From Acidobacteriota bacterium (GTDB lineage: Bacteria; Acidobacteriota; Thermoanaerobaculia; Multivoradales; JBCCEF01), in assembly GCA_039030395.1 (NCBI GenBank), contig JBCCEF010000001.1, positions 417,315 to 481,314 on the forward strand: a DNA stretch of 64,000 nt, in the 5' to 3' direction. Of the stretch, positions 24,704 to 34,599 are shown in pieces. A model generated the notes under the pieces. The model was not told the DNA's origin. It was given only the letters and a program-made list of their open reading frames with translations, and searched no databases. Every line of letters starts with the position of its first letter. The stretch's first letter is position 1. Both the position numbers and the translations under genes were made by a program.

Positions 24704-26455
24704 CTACTCCGCCCGCTTCGCCACCCGCACCGTCGAGCCGCCGGATTCTCCGGAATCGTAGTAGTCGAGGATGCCCTGGACGATCGCTTCGGCCACGGTC
24801 TGGCGGAAGGCGCGGGTCTGGAGGAGCTTGCGGTCCTGGGCGTTGGCGAGGTTGCCCACCTCGAGCAGGATCTTTCCCGGCACGGAGTTGTAGCGCAGCA
24901 CCGCCGGCACGAAGGAACTGCGCTTGCGGATGATCTTTTCGCGGATCGGCTTGGTTGGGTGGATCGCCAGATCACTCCGCCGGAACTGCTCCAGTACCGC
25001 CTCGGCGAGCTGCCGGGACAGGCCCTCGCTGCGCACCCGCTCACGGCTGGAGAAGGACAACCGCGGCTTCTCGCGGTATTCGCGGCGCGCCTTGTAGACC
25101 TCACCTCTCTTGCCGAAAGTGCCGCCGGTCATCGAGGCCGCCGGAATGTACACCGTGGCGCCGCGCAGCGAAGGGTGGAGCGAGTCCGCGTGGATCGACA
25201 AGAAGATGGTCTTGTCGGCATCGCCGGTCGCTTTGATCGCCCGGCGGTGGATGCTGTTCGCCAGGTACCAGCGCAGATTGGCGCTCACCCGCGAGTCAAC
25301 GATTTTGTAGGGCGGGCTGGTCTGCACCGCGTGGGAGCGCGAAAAAGGCAGCACATCTTTATTGTGGATGTGGAAGTGCTCGCCGTCGCGGGTAGTGAGC
25401 TCCACCTTGGCGGCGGTGCGCTCTTCGAGCAGCCGCCGCACCCGCAAGGAGATGTCGTAGACATAGAGGCTCTCCCACACGCCGTGGAGCGAGGCCCCCG
25501 GGTCGCCGCCGCCGTGGCCCGGATCGAGGATCACGGTAATGCCCTGAAGATCCCGCGCTCGCACCCGGTTGCTGAACCGCGCACTGGCCCGCAATCCCGC
25601 TTCGTACTCGCGGCGCCGCGGGTCGTCCGCCGGCAGGAATTCCGGCAGCAGGAGGTCGGTGGGAATCTTCACCGCGTAGTCCACCGGAATGTCGGTGACG
25701 TCGGCGATGCCGCTGCGGCGGGCGATGTCCTCCGCCAGGGCGTTGACGTCGGCGGCGAGCAGGCGGCCGGTGAAACGCACCACCACGCTCGAGTAGAGCG
25801 CCTCGCCCGGCTGCAGCCGATAGACGGCGTAGCTCCCCTTGCTGTCGGCACCGAAGGTCAAGCCGAAGTCCTCCGGCGAGCGCTGCTCAATCGCCGGCAG
25901 GACGGCATCGAACGGCGGCCGCAGCAGCTCCGCCGGGATGGTCACCGTCTGACCGGCGGCCAACTCTGTGTCGGAGAGCCCGTTGTGGCGGCGGATCTCC
26001 CGGAAGTTCTCGCCGGTGCCAGTGAACCACTCGGCGATGTGCCACAGGCTCTCGCGACGCATTTCGCCGTAGCCGCGGACGTGATGCTCCCAACCGTCCG
26101 GCCGCACCACATCCTGCGGGAAGAGATGCGCCGCCAGCCGCTCCTGGAACTCAGGGGAAAGGAGATCGAAGGGCACCCGGTAGCGCACACCCGCTTTCAG
26201 CTCCCGGCGGCCGTCATTGGCTTCGGCAATGGCCGAAGCGGCCTCCGAGCTACCGCACAGCCGCCGGCTGAAGGCGAGGAGGCCCTCTCCTTTCTCGGGC
26301 TGTGCCTCCAGGTACAGGCGATCCTTGTCCACCAGGGCGACAAAGCCGTCCCCCGCCGCGAAGCGCTCGGCAGCGGAGGCCTTCGCCAAGCCGAAGAGGG
26401 CACAGGCACAAAGTAGGGCGACGCACCATCCGAGTCGCCAGGCTCGCCGGGTCAT
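24704..26455 (-). CDS. N-acetylmuramoyl-L-alanine amidase (Amidase_3) with N-terminal LysM-like domains
   Basis: ILDPGHGGGDPGA..E, FLSIHADS, ILLEVG; LysM-like segments (ESLWHIAEWFTG..N..EI...N......LAAGQTVTIP); signal peptide. Confidence 0.85.
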   Translation of the reverse strand: MTRRAWRLGWCVALLCACALFGLAKASAAERFAAGDGFVALVDKDRLYLEAQPEKGEGLLAFSRRLCGSSEAASAIAEANDGRRELKAGVRYRVPFDLLSPEFQERLAAHLFPQDVVRPDGWEHHVRGYGEMRRESLWHIAEWFTGTGENFREIRRHNGLSDTELAAGQTVTIPAELLRPPFDAVLPAIEQRSPEDFGLTFGADSKGSYAVYRLQPGEALYSSVVVRFTGRLLAADVNALAEDIARRSGIADVTDIPVDYAVKIPTDLLLPEFLPADDPRRREYEAGLRASARFSNRVRARDLQGITVILDPGHGGGDPGASLHGVWESLYVYDISLRVRRLLEERTAAKVELTTRDGEHFHIHNKDVLPFSRSHAVQTSPPYKIVDSRVSANLRWYLANSIHRRAIKATGDADKTIFLSIHADSLHPSLRGATVYIPAASMTGGTFGKRGEVYKARREYREKPRLSFSSRERVRSEGLSRQLAEAVLEQFRRSDLAIHPTKPIREKIIRKRSSFVPAVLRYNSVPGKILLEVGNLANAQDRKLLQTRAFRQTVAEAIVQGILDYYDSGESGGSTVRVAKRAE

Positions 26456-26675
26456 TGCGAAGTTCCCGCGGGGTGGGGTTGGGGGACCGCCGTCGGACAG
26501 CGGCGGAGGGAGCGGGAATCGAGGTACTCTAGATCGTAAGACATGGGAAGCCGAGATGGCGATTCGCCACAGGCCGAAAGGGAGCGTTTTTCCTTACCTC
26601 GTCAACAGTTAGCACCTTTTTCCTCAGGGCTCAGTTTAGCTTCTCGTCTGCCACAAGAGCAAACGTCGCGCCGCC

Positions 26676-27941
26676 ATGGACTCGTCCACTCCCGAGATTC
26701 TGCGTCTCCCCTGGCTGAAGGCCCTCGCCGAAGCCGCCGACGAGGATGAAATCCACCTGGTGGGTGGCGCCGTCCGCGACCAGCTCCTCGGCCTTCCCGT
26801 GCACGACCTCGACGTGGTCGTGGCCGGCGATGGAGGGAGAATCGCCGAAGCCTTCGCGGAACGCACCGGCGCCCGCCTCATCCTTCTGGGAGGAAAGGAC
26901 TTCGCCGCCTATCGGCTGATCGGAGACGGGTACGAAATCGACCTCTGGGACCGCGTGGGGATGCCCCGGCGGGACGACCTGGCACGGCGCGACCTGACCG
27001 TCAACGCCATCGCCCTCGACCTGCGGCCGGACCTTCCGGAGGCCGACCGCTGGGTCGATCCCTTCGGCGGCCGGCGGGACATCGAACAGAAAATCCTGCG
27101 GGCCACCACCGGGGGTGTCTTCGCGGAGGACCCTCTGCGGGTGCTGCGCCTTGGGCGTTTGGCGGCGAAGTTGCCGGATTTCCGGGTGGATCCCGACACC
27201 CTCGACCGCGCCCGCGCCGCCGCCCCGAAGCTGACCGCGGTGGCCCGCGAGCGGATCCGCGACGAGCTGACCCGCTTGTTCCATCTCCCCGGCGCAGGCC
27301 GCGGCGTCGAGGTACTGGGGAAGACCGGTGTCTACCCTCGGCTGTGGCTGGGAGAGAGCGAGCGACCCCAAGCTCTTGCGGCCGCGGCCGTTCGCCAGAT
27401 CGAGGCCCTACCGGAGGTCGCCGATGAGCTGACCGCCCAAGGCGCGCCGGGAGCCGATTTGCCGGCGGCGCGCTGGGTCCCTACCTTTGCCCCGGACCCC
27501 GAAGAACCGAGCGACACCGCAGCCCTCGACGCCTTCCACCAGGCCGGCTTCCTCACCGTCCGGCTGCGGGATCGCCTGCGGATTCTGCTGGCCGACGACG
27601 AGATCCCCGCCGAGCCGCTTGCCCTGCGCCGCTTTGTCCACCGTCAGGGCGACGCCTGGCCCACCGCCGCGGCCAGGATCGGCGCCCGGGCCGCCGCGCG
27701 GGATGAGTGGAGGGAGCGGGTGAAGGGCCTGCTGCAGCTCGTCGCGCAAGACGGCGACACCCTCATCGACCCGCCGACACTGCTCGACGGGATTGAGGTG
27801 CAAGAACTGTTGGGAGTGAGCCCCGGCCCCGCAGTGGGCGAAGCGATGCGCCTCATCCGCCAAGCGCAGGTGGACGGCGAGATCCGAACCGCCGAGGAGG
27901 CGAAAGGACTGCTGCGGGCCGGGCGCTCTACACGTCGATGA
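26676..27941 (+). CDS. CCA tRNA nucleotidyltransferase / poly(A) polymerase family protein
   Basis: LVGGAVRD, DLDVV, DLARRDLTVNAIA, EDPLRVLR, ERIRDE and C-terminal PGPAVG. Confidence 0.88.
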   Translation: MDSSTPEILRLPWLKALAEAADEDEIHLVGGAVRDQLLGLPVHDLDVVVAGDGGRIAEAFAERTGARLILLGGKDFAAYRLIGDGYEIDLWDRVGMPRRDDLARRDLTVNAIALDLRPDLPEADRWVDPFGGRRDIEQKILRATTGGVFAEDPLRVLRLGRLAAKLPDFRVDPDTLDRARAAAPKLTAVARERIRDELTRLFHLPGAGRGVEVLGKTGVYPRLWLGESERPQALAAAAVRQIEALPEVADELTAQGAPGADLPAARWVPTFAPDPEEPSDTAALDAFHQAGFLTVRLRDRLRILLADDEIPAEPLALRRFVHRQGDAWPTAAARIGARAAARDEWRERVKGLLQLVAQDGDTLIDPPTLLDGIEVQELLGVSPGPAVGEAMRLIRQAQVDGEIRTAEEAKGLLRAGRSTRR

Positions 27942-28800
27942 AATCCGCCACCACCCGCTCCGGCAGCAGGCCGGCCTCGTAGCCGCGGTCGAGAAGCTGC
28001 TGCACCGCCTTGCGGCCGGCCTCGCCGTAGCCGCGGGTCCACTCGTTGACATACATGCCCACGAAGCGGTCCGAGCGCTCCGGGTCGTCCTCGATGCCGC
28101 GGGCGTAGCGGATGGCGTAGGCCAGGGCCTCTTCGCGATGGTCCAGGCCGTAGGCGATGCTTTCCGTCAGCAGGTTGCACAGGCGCTGGGCGAGGGCCGG
28201 GCCGATGTCCTTGCGCAGGGCATTGGCACCCAGCGGCAACGGGCCACCGGTTTCCCCGTGCCACCACACCCCGAGATCGACCACCGAGTGAAGGCCGTCG
28301 TCGCCGTAGGTGAGCTGGCCCTCGTGGATCACCACCCCGGCCGCCACTTCGCCGGCGGCCACCACATCGAGGATCTTGTCGAAGGACACCAGCGTCGTCT
28401 CGACCTTTGGGTTCCAAAGCTTCAGGGCGAGATGGGCGGTGGTCAGCTCGCCGGGGATCGCCACCGTCACGCCGTCGAGGTCGTCGCGGGAGAGCGGCTC
28501 CTTAGACACCACGATGGGGCCGTAGTTGTCGCCGAAGCTGGCGCCGGAGGGCATCAGCCGGTAGCGGTCGTGGAGATAGGCGTAGCCGTGGAAGGAGATG
28601 GCGGTGATGTCGTACTTGCTCTCCTTGGCGGCCTGGTTGAGGGTTTCGATATCCCGCAAGACGTGCTGGATGTCGAGGCCCTCCACATCGAGCAGCCCCT
28701 GGGTGAGGGCGTAGAACATAAAGGCATCGTCCGAGTCCGGACTGTGGGCGATACGGATGGTCTGCAAGCCGCTCGCGGCGGCGTTCTGAGGCTTGTTCAT
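27928..28800 (-). CDS. mqnD: 1,4-dihydroxy-6-naphthoate synthase (futalosine menaquinone pathway)
   Basis: AHSPDSDDAFMFYAL, DIETLN, GYGP-like NYGP, VAIPGELTTA, VIHEGQLTY, DLG.WW...TG.PLPLG, MYVNE. Confidence 0.85.
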   Translation of the reverse strand: MNKPQNAAASGLQTIRIAHSPDSDDAFMFYALTQGLLDVEGLDIQHVLRDIETLNQAAKESKYDITAISFHGYAYLHDRYRLMPSGASFGDNYGPIVVSKEPLSRDDLDGVTVAIPGELTTAHLALKLWNPKVETTLVSFDKILDVVAAGEVAAGVVIHEGQLTYGDDGLHSVVDLGVWWHGETGGPLPLGANALRKDIGPALAQRLCNLLTESIAYGLDHREEALAYAIRYARGIEDDPERSDRFVGMYVNEWTRGYGEAGRKAVQQLLDRGYEAGLLPERVVADFIDV

Positions 28801-28901
28801 GGCGCCGGGCAGGGTATCACCGTTCTCCCCACCCGGCGAAAGAGAACCACCCAGCGTTGGCCGTAGAATGAGCCTTCCACCTTTGCCCTGGAGGAACGAT
28901 C

Positions 28902-29981
28902 ATGAATACCACCCGGTATCGCCTCGCCCTCGCCTTCGCCGCCTTCCTCATCATTTTCGGCTCGCTTCCGACCCTGGCGACACCGACCGCCCACGAGACC
29001 GACGCAGCAGCCTCTCCCTCGCGCGCCGAACTGGGCTCCCTCGCCCACACTTACTCCATCGTCGCTCGCGACCCGGCCACCGGCCAGCTCGGCGTCGCCG
29101 TCCAGAGCCACTGGTTCCAGGTGGGACCGATCGTGCCCTGGGCGGAGGCGGGCGTGGGCGCCGTCGCCACCCAGTCCTTCGTCGATCCGGGCTACGGACC
29201 GAAGGGCTTGGCGCTGATGAAGCAGGGCAAGACCGCCCGCCAGGCGCTCAACGAGCTCCTCGGCCTCGACAGCCAGCAGGGGGTGCGGCAGGTCGCCATG
29301 GTGGACGCCAAGGGCACCGTCGTCGCCTGGACCGGCGAGCGCTGCATCGCCGAGGCCGGTCACAAGATGGGCGAGGGCTACTCGGTGCAAGCCAACTTGA
29401 TGGACCGGAAGACCGTATGGCCGGCGATGGCGGCGGCCTACGAGGACTCTGCCGACAAGCCCTTCGCGGAGCGCTTGCTGATCGCCCTGGAAGCGGCCGA
29501 AAAGCAAGGCGGCGACATCCGCGGCCAGCAGAGCGCCGCCCTGCTGGTGGTGGCCGCCGAGGCCACCGGCGACGTCTGGAAGGACCGGCTGGTCGACCTG
29601 CGGATAGACGACCACGCAGACCCGCTCGGTGAAATGCGCCGCCTATACAACCTCCATCTGGCCTACGAGGAGATGAACGCCGGCGACGAAAAGATGGCCG
29701 AGGACAAGGTCGAAGAGGCGGTGAAGCACTACACCGCCGCCGCGAAGATGGCGCCGGACATCGTCGAGCTGCCCTTCTGGCAGGCGGTCACCCTCTACGA
29801 CTCCGGACGCCGCGAGGAGGCCCTGCCGATCTTCCGCCAGGTGTTCGCCGCCGAGTCGCGCTGGGCCGAGGTGGTGCGCCGCCTGCCGGCCGCCGGATTG
29901 CTGCCGGACGACCCGGAGGTGCTGGAGGAGATCCTGTCGCAGGCCACCTCTCGTGTAGGTGGAGCAGGCGGCCGGAACTAG
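28902..29981 (+). CDS. DUF1028 (Ntn-hydrolase-like) protein with C-terminal TPR
   Basis: HTYSIVARDPATGQLGVAVQSH, GAVATQS, GGDIRGQQSAAL, DLRIDDH. Confidence 0.88.
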   Translation: MNTTRYRLALAFAAFLIIFGSLPTLATPTAHETDAAASPSRAELGSLAHTYSIVARDPATGQLGVAVQSHWFQVGPIVPWAEAGVGAVATQSFVDPGYGPKGLALMKQGKTARQALNELLGLDSQQGVRQVAMVDAKGTVVAWTGERCIAEAGHKMGEGYSVQANLMDRKTVWPAMAAAYEDSADKPFAERLLIALEAAEKQGGDIRGQQSAALLVVAAEATGDVWKDRLVDLRIDDHADPLGEMRRLYNLHLAYEEMNAGDEKMAEDKVEEAVKHYTAAAKMAPDIVELPFWQAVTLYDSGRREEALPIFRQVFAAESRWAEVVRRLPAAGLLPDDPEVLEEILSQATSRVGGAGGRN

Positions 29982-30100
29982 CAGGGGGGCTAGGCCGGGC
30001 CGCGCAGGCGCCCCCTCGTCGCCAAGAAGTGCCATTCTTGGCGACTCACCCCACCCTCGGCGGGCTACGCCCGCCGCCTCGGTCTTCGACCTCCGTTGCG
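29978..30100 (+). mobile_element. Structured dispersed repeat / MITE-like element, copy B (lacks the first hairpin)
   Basis: CTAGCAGG start; GCGCCCCCTC-hairpin-CTCACCCC-ACCCTCGGC-hairpin-GCCGCCTC-hairpin-CTCCGTTGCG. Confidence 0.6.
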
Positions 30101-30170
30101 ATCTGCTGGAAAGAGCAGATCGCCGCTTCTCCGGACCAAGTCGTCAACAGAAATCCGCCCCTCCGCCGCC

Positions 30171-31403
30171 ATGCTCCGCAACCCCTACCTCCGGCTCCTC
30201 CGCAGCAACCGCAATTTCCGGCGGCTGTGGTGTGGCGAGATCGCCTCGCTGCTGGGCGACTGGTTCAACACCATCGCCCAGTACACCTTGGTGCGAGAGC
30301 TGACCGGCTCGACCCTCGCCCTAGGGCTCGTGTTCGTCACCAAGATGCTGCCCTTCGCCTTGATGTCGCCGGTCGCCGGGCTGTTGACGGATCGCTGGAA
30401 TCGCCGGCGGCTGATGATCGGCGCGGATCTCTCGCGGGCGGCGGTAGTGTGCGGCTTCCTGCTGGTCGACGGGCCGGAGGATCTGCCCCTTCTCTTCGCC
30501 CTATCGGCCCTGCAGGTGATGATCGGTGCCTTCTTCATACCGGCTCGCTCGGCGGCCCTCCCCAACATCACCACGCCGAAGGAGCTGCTGACGGCCAATG
30601 CCCTGTCGTCCGCTACCTGGTCGACGCTGTTGGCCCTGGGCGCCGCCCTCGGCGGCTTCGCCACCGACCGCCTGGGGACCGACACGGTGTTCCTGCTCGA
30701 CGCGGCCACCTACCTGATCTCGGCCTTCTTCATCTTCCGCACGGTGATCCCGCAAAAGACCGAAGCGGCGGCCGTCGGCCCGGTGATTCGCACCGCCTTG
30801 AAGGACATCGCCGCCGGCTGGCGGCACATGCGGCATCGGCCGCGCATCGGCCGCATCGCCTTGACCAAGCCCGCCTGGGCGCTGGGCGGCGCCGGCATCG
30901 TTTACTCGCTGGCGCTGGTCGGAGAAGAGCTGATGCCGGCGGCCCCGGCGGTGGGCATCGGCCTGCTCTACGCCGCCCGCGGGCTGGGCACCGGCGCCGG
31001 CCCCATCGCCGCCCGGCGCTTCCTGCCCAACGAGCGCACCTGGCCGACGGCGATCGCCGTCGGCATCATCGCCTCAGGACTGGTCTACACCGCCTTCGCC
31101 TACCTGCCCTGGACCCTGTGGATCCTGATTCCGGTGTTTCTCGCCCACACCCCCTCCGGCGCCAACTGGGTGCTCTCGACGGTCCTCCTCCAGCAGCGCA
31201 CCGAAGACCGCTTTCGCGGCCGCGTTTTCGCCACCGAGTGGTTGATCCTCACCCTGGTCGACACCGTCGTCATCCTCCTCGCCTCTCTCCTCCTCGAAGC
31301 CGATCTCGTCACCCTCCGCCAGGCGATCCTCGCTTTCGCCGCGGTGCAGATCGTCACCGGCATCGCCTGGTGGTTGGTCATCGCGCCGAAGGAACGGGCC
31401 TGA
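30171..31403 (+). CDS. MFS transporter (DHA3/EntS-like)
   Basis: NRNFRRLW, AGLLTDRWNRRRLMI motif A, about 12 TM helices, RGRVFA; start reassigned to ATG 30171. Confidence 0.9.
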   Translation: MLRNPYLRLLRSNRNFRRLWCGEIASLLGDWFNTIAQYTLVRELTGSTLALGLVFVTKMLPFALMSPVAGLLTDRWNRRRLMIGADLSRAAVVCGFLLVDGPEDLPLLFALSALQVMIGAFFIPARSAALPNITTPKELLTANALSSATWSTLLALGAALGGFATDRLGTDTVFLLDAATYLISAFFIFRTVIPQKTEAAAVGPVIRTALKDIAAGWRHMRHRPRIGRIALTKPAWALGGAGIVYSLALVGEELMPAAPAVGIGLLYAARGLGTGAGPIAARRFLPNERTWPTAIAVGIIASGLVYTAFAYLPWTLWILIPVFLAHTPSGANWVLSTVLLQQRTEDRFRGRVFATEWLILTLVDTVVILLASLLLEADLVTLRQAILAFAAVQIVTGIAWWLVIAPKERA

Positions 31404-31543
31404 GGTCTCCCTCGTCTCGGATCTTTCCCTTCGACTCACTACTTAAAAGAGAGACCACAAGCTGTTCATTTGAAGCAACTTGGGAATACTGGGCCAGCGC
31501 TTCGGCAGCGGCATGATGGACGGTCATTTGGGAGGGAAGGGCG

Positions 31544-32755
31544 ATGGAAGGAAAGCCGAGAACCGCTGTCGAGTTCATCGCGTCTCGCGCCGAGAAAGAG
31601 CCCGACGACGACGCTCTGGTCGAAATCCTCGACTCGAATCCCTGGGTCTTTCCGGCGATTCAGAATCTCCATCCAGACTGGGATGTCCGAGATTCGACCA
31701 AGAACCTCCAGCAAGCGCTTCAGAAGAAGAGTTCGAGCGCCAGAATCCGCGCTCTGGTCGTTTCCCTCTGCGAAGCCGGCCGAAAGTTCGAGCTCCGGCG
31801 CGCCCTCGAGCTACAGAACGGTCGCTCCCCTTCGCCGGTCTACAGCGCCGTCGCCACGTTCTCGATGATCGTCGGCGTCATCGGTGTGCTGATGACCCTC
31901 ACTGCGGACGTGGCGGTCGGCACAGACGCCGCGCCACAGGAGTTCTTCGGCACCCGCACTCTCTGGTTGTCCATCGCCCACGTCGGCGTCATCATCATTC
32001 TGCTGGCCTCGACCTCGAAGATTTCTCTGGTGAAGAAAGAGGATCGAGACGCCGAGTACATCGGCACCGTCGCCCAGCTCACCAAGGGCTGGCTGGGAGT
32101 GTGGCTGTTGTGGCTCGCGCTCTACGGCTGGTTCACCGTTGCCGTCCTCTGCAAGTTCCGGGGATTCGAGATCCCAGGTGTTCTCTTCTGGTCCGTGGCC
32201 GACCTGATCAACATCGCCACCGGCACAGCTTTCTTCTATCTCTTTCTCGCCCTCCAGTTCCCCAGCGTCGACACGGACCGCGACAAGCACCGCAGCCGGC
32301 GGTACTACCACCACCGGTCCGTTGTACTGCTGGTTAGCCTGTTCGTCGCCGGGTTCTCGATCCTCGGTCGGATCTGGACCGCCAGCGTCGATTCGGAGCC
32401 GACCATCGTCGGCATCTTGGGGCTCTTCATCCAGTCGTCCTTCGTCGCCGTCAGCATGTGCTACTTCTTCGGTCGTCTGGACAGCCATTACCTGGGAACC
32501 AACCTGCTCACGCTGGCGCCGCTTTACGCTTATGCCGTCATCCAAATGAGCTGGGGCAGCATCGGAGAAGATCCTCAGCTCTCGGCGCCGCTCTTGATCT
32601 TCGCGCTCGTCTTCAAGGTTTATCTGTACGGCCTCGCCTTTTTCTGGATCTGGAAGGGAAAGCTGCGTAAATACCTAGAGTTGGCCGCCGAACACTACCC
32701 TCAGATTCAGGTCGAGCGCCGGGACCTCGAACCGGCCTCCCCCTCGCGACCCTAG
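31544..32755 (+). CDS. Hypothetical multi-pass membrane protein with soluble N-terminal domain
   Basis: 403-aa ORF with RBS-like GGGAGG upstream and about 8 hydrophobic segments; no family recognised. Confidence 0.6.
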   Translation: MEGKPRTAVEFIASRAEKEPDDDALVEILDSNPWVFPAIQNLHPDWDVRDSTKNLQQALQKKSSSARIRALVVSLCEAGRKFELRRALELQNGRSPSPVYSAVATFSMIVGVIGVLMTLTADVAVGTDAAPQEFFGTRTLWLSIAHVGVIIILLASTSKISLVKKEDRDAEYIGTVAQLTKGWLGVWLLWLALYGWFTVAVLCKFRGFEIPGVLFWSVADLINIATGTAFFYLFLALQFPSVDTDRDKHRSRRYYHHRSVVLLVSLFVAGFSILGRIWTASVDSEPTIVGILGLFIQSSFVAVSMCYFFGRLDSHYLGTNLLTLAPLYAYAVIQMSWGSIGEDPQLSAPLLIFALVFKVYLYGLAFFWIWKGKLRKYLELAAEHYPQIQVERRDLEPASPSRP

Positions 32756-32819
32756 CCGCTATCAGCCTTCCTGGGCATCCCTCCGAGAGGAGGAGTCGGC
32801 GACTTCTCGGACTTCTTGC

Positions 32820-32863
32820 TTGACAGGATTCGCTCTCTTCTCAATAATTGACCGGCCGGCCAG
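32820..32863 (+). promoter_or_regulatory. Sigma70 promoter with probable TetR operator
   Basis: TTGACA (32820-25), 17-nt spacer, AATAAT (32843-48), then near-palindrome TGACCGGCCGGCCA (32849-62) upstream of the tetR gene. Confidence 0.7.
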
Positions 32864-32896
32864 TTCATAACTTCTGCCGGAGAAGGAGAGCCCTCG

Positions 32897-33502
32897 ATGT
32901 CCGCCGCCAAACGCGATCCCGAAGCCACCCGCGCCGCCATTCTCGACGCCGCCGAGGCGGTGTTCGTGGAGAAGGGCTTCGCCGACACCGCCACCTCCGC
33001 CATCGCCCGCCAGGCGGGGGTGACCAAGAGCTTGATCCACCACCACTTCGGCTCGAAGGAGGCGCTGTGGGAGGAGATCAAGACCCGCCGCTTCTCGCGC
33101 TACGCCGAAGAGCAGCACGCGATGATCGAGAGATCGAGCCCGAGCGCCGAACTGCTGCGGCAGTCCCTGGAGTTCTACTTTCGCTTTCTCCAAGACAACC
33201 CGGAGCTGGTGCGGCTGATGTTGTGGCGGCACCTGGAGCGCGATCCGACCGCCGAGACCTTCGAGCAAATGACCCAGGCCGGCGTGCGCACCATCGAGGC
33301 GTCGCAGGAGGCGGGCGAGCTGCGCTCGGATGTCTCCGCTCGTTCCATCCTGTTTCTCTTCCTCGCCGCCTCGGAGCACTGGTTCCAGGCCCGAGACCCT
33401 TACCTGACCGCTCTGTGCTGCTCGCCGGCGGACGGCTCCGAAGACGAGCGCTACCTGCAAGACATGCTCAAGATTTTCTTCGAAGGAGTGCTGCCGCGAT
33501 GA
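32897..33502 (+). CDS. TetR/AcrR family transcriptional regulator
   Basis: ILDAAEAVFVEKGF...IARQAGVTKSLIHHHFGSKEALW HTH; AAGGAG RBS. Confidence 0.93.
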   Translation: MSAAKRDPEATRAAILDAAEAVFVEKGFADTATSAIARQAGVTKSLIHHHFGSKEALWEEIKTRRFSRYAEEQHAMIERSSPSAELLRQSLEFYFRFLQDNPELVRLMLWRHLERDPTAETFEQMTQAGVRTIEASQEAGELRSDVSARSILFLFLAASEHWFQARDPYLTALCCSPADGSEDERYLQDMLKIFFEGVLPR

Positions 33503-34599
33503 AGCCTAGACTTTGGATTCCCTTCGCCATCCTGGTGGCCGCCGTGGCCGCCGCTATCTTTCTCGCCGACCCGGCCGCCACTCCGGCCCTGAGCGAGCGG
33601 CCCGGTAGCGGAGCCGCCCGAGTGCTCACCGCGCCGGTGGAGACCCTCTCGGCCGCCCGGGCGGTGCATCTGCCCGGCACCACCCGCGCCGGCCGGCGGG
33701 CTCACCTGGCCTTCGAATCGAGCGGCCGGATCGTCGAACGCCGGGTCGATCTGGGCGATGCGGTGCGCCGCGGCCAGGTGGTGGCCCGCCTCGACGCGAG
33801 TCCCTTCGAACTGGCCGTCAGCGCCGCCGCCGCCCGGCTGGTGGAGGCGGAAGAAAGGCTGACGCAGCTCCAGCGCGACCGCCAGCGGAGCGAGGAATTG
33901 GCCGCCGACGGCGCCGCGACGCGCGAGGAGGTCGAGCAGGTCACCGCCGGAGCGGCGGCCCTAACGGCGGCCCGCGACGCCGCCAAGACGGCCCTCGAAA
34001 ACGCCCGGCGGGCGCAGCGCGAGACGGTTCTCACCGCCCCCTTCGATGGCGTGGTGAGCGCCGTCAAAGCGTCCGCTGGCGAGCAGATCGGCGCCGGCTC
34101 GCCGGTGGTGACCCTCGACGGTGAGGGCGCCGTAGAGCTGCGCGCCGAGGCGCCGGAGACGCTGCTGCCCTACTTTGCCGCCGGCCAGGAGGTGACCGTG
34201 GAGCTGCCCCTCCAGGGGCGCCGGGTAGTCGGCGAAGTGCTGTCCGTCGGCACCGCTGCCGGCAGCTCGGGACTGTTCCCGGTGCGGGTGGACCTGCCGC
34301 CGGGCCCCGGGGTGCTGCCCGGAGTGACCGCCGAACTGGTGGTGGAAGCGGGCGACCCGCAAGCCCTTTCGGTACCGCTGGCGTCGGTGATCGACCCCAG
34401 CGGCGGCCGCCCGGCCCTCTTCCGGGTGCGCAACGAGGTCGCCGAGCGGGTCACCCTGGAAGTGGGAGGCCTAGTGGGCGACCGAGTGATCGTCGCATCC
34501 GCGAAACCGCCGCTCGCCCTCGCCGACCGGGTGGTGGTCGGCGGCCAGGGATCCCTGCGGGACGGTGACGGCGTGCGCCCTAGCGAGGTCGCGCCGTGA
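33499..34599 (+). CDS. RND efflux periplasmic adaptor (MFP)
   Basis: N-terminal TM, SGRI...VDLGDAVRRGQVVARLD, coiled coil, LTAPFDGVV, VPLASV; ATG overlaps the tetR stop. Confidence 0.9.
   Translation: MKPRLWIPFAILVAAVAAAIFLADPAATPALSERPGSGAARVLTAPVETLSAARAVHLPGTTRAGRRAHLAFESSGRIVERRVDLGDAVRRGQVVARLDASPFELAVSAAAARLVEAEERLTQLQRDRQRSEELAADGAATREEVEQVTAGAAALTAARDAAKTALENARRAQRETVLTAPFDGVVSAVKASAGEQIGAGSPVVTLDGEGAVELRAEAPETLLPYFAAGQEVTVELPLQGRRVVGEVLSVGTAAGSSGLFPVRVDLPPGPGVLPGVTAELVVEAGDPQALSVPLASVIDPSGGRPALFRVRNEVAERVTLEVGGLVGDRVIVASAKPPLALADRVVVGGQGSLRDGDGVRPSEVAP

Noticed and set aside
24674-26416. 580-aa plus-strand ORF over the amidase
   Set aside because: The minus-strand ORF carries the Amidase_3 and LysM-like motifs; this frame has none.
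26456-26675. Divergent intergenic region as a possible tRNA or ncRNA
   Set aside because: No cloverleaf, T-loop motif or recognisable RNA family signature.
32848-33498. N-terminal extension of the 583-aa MFP ORF, suggesting a TetR-overlapping fusion
   Set aside because: Off-frame read through tetR; the real start is ATG 33499, coupled to the tetR stop.
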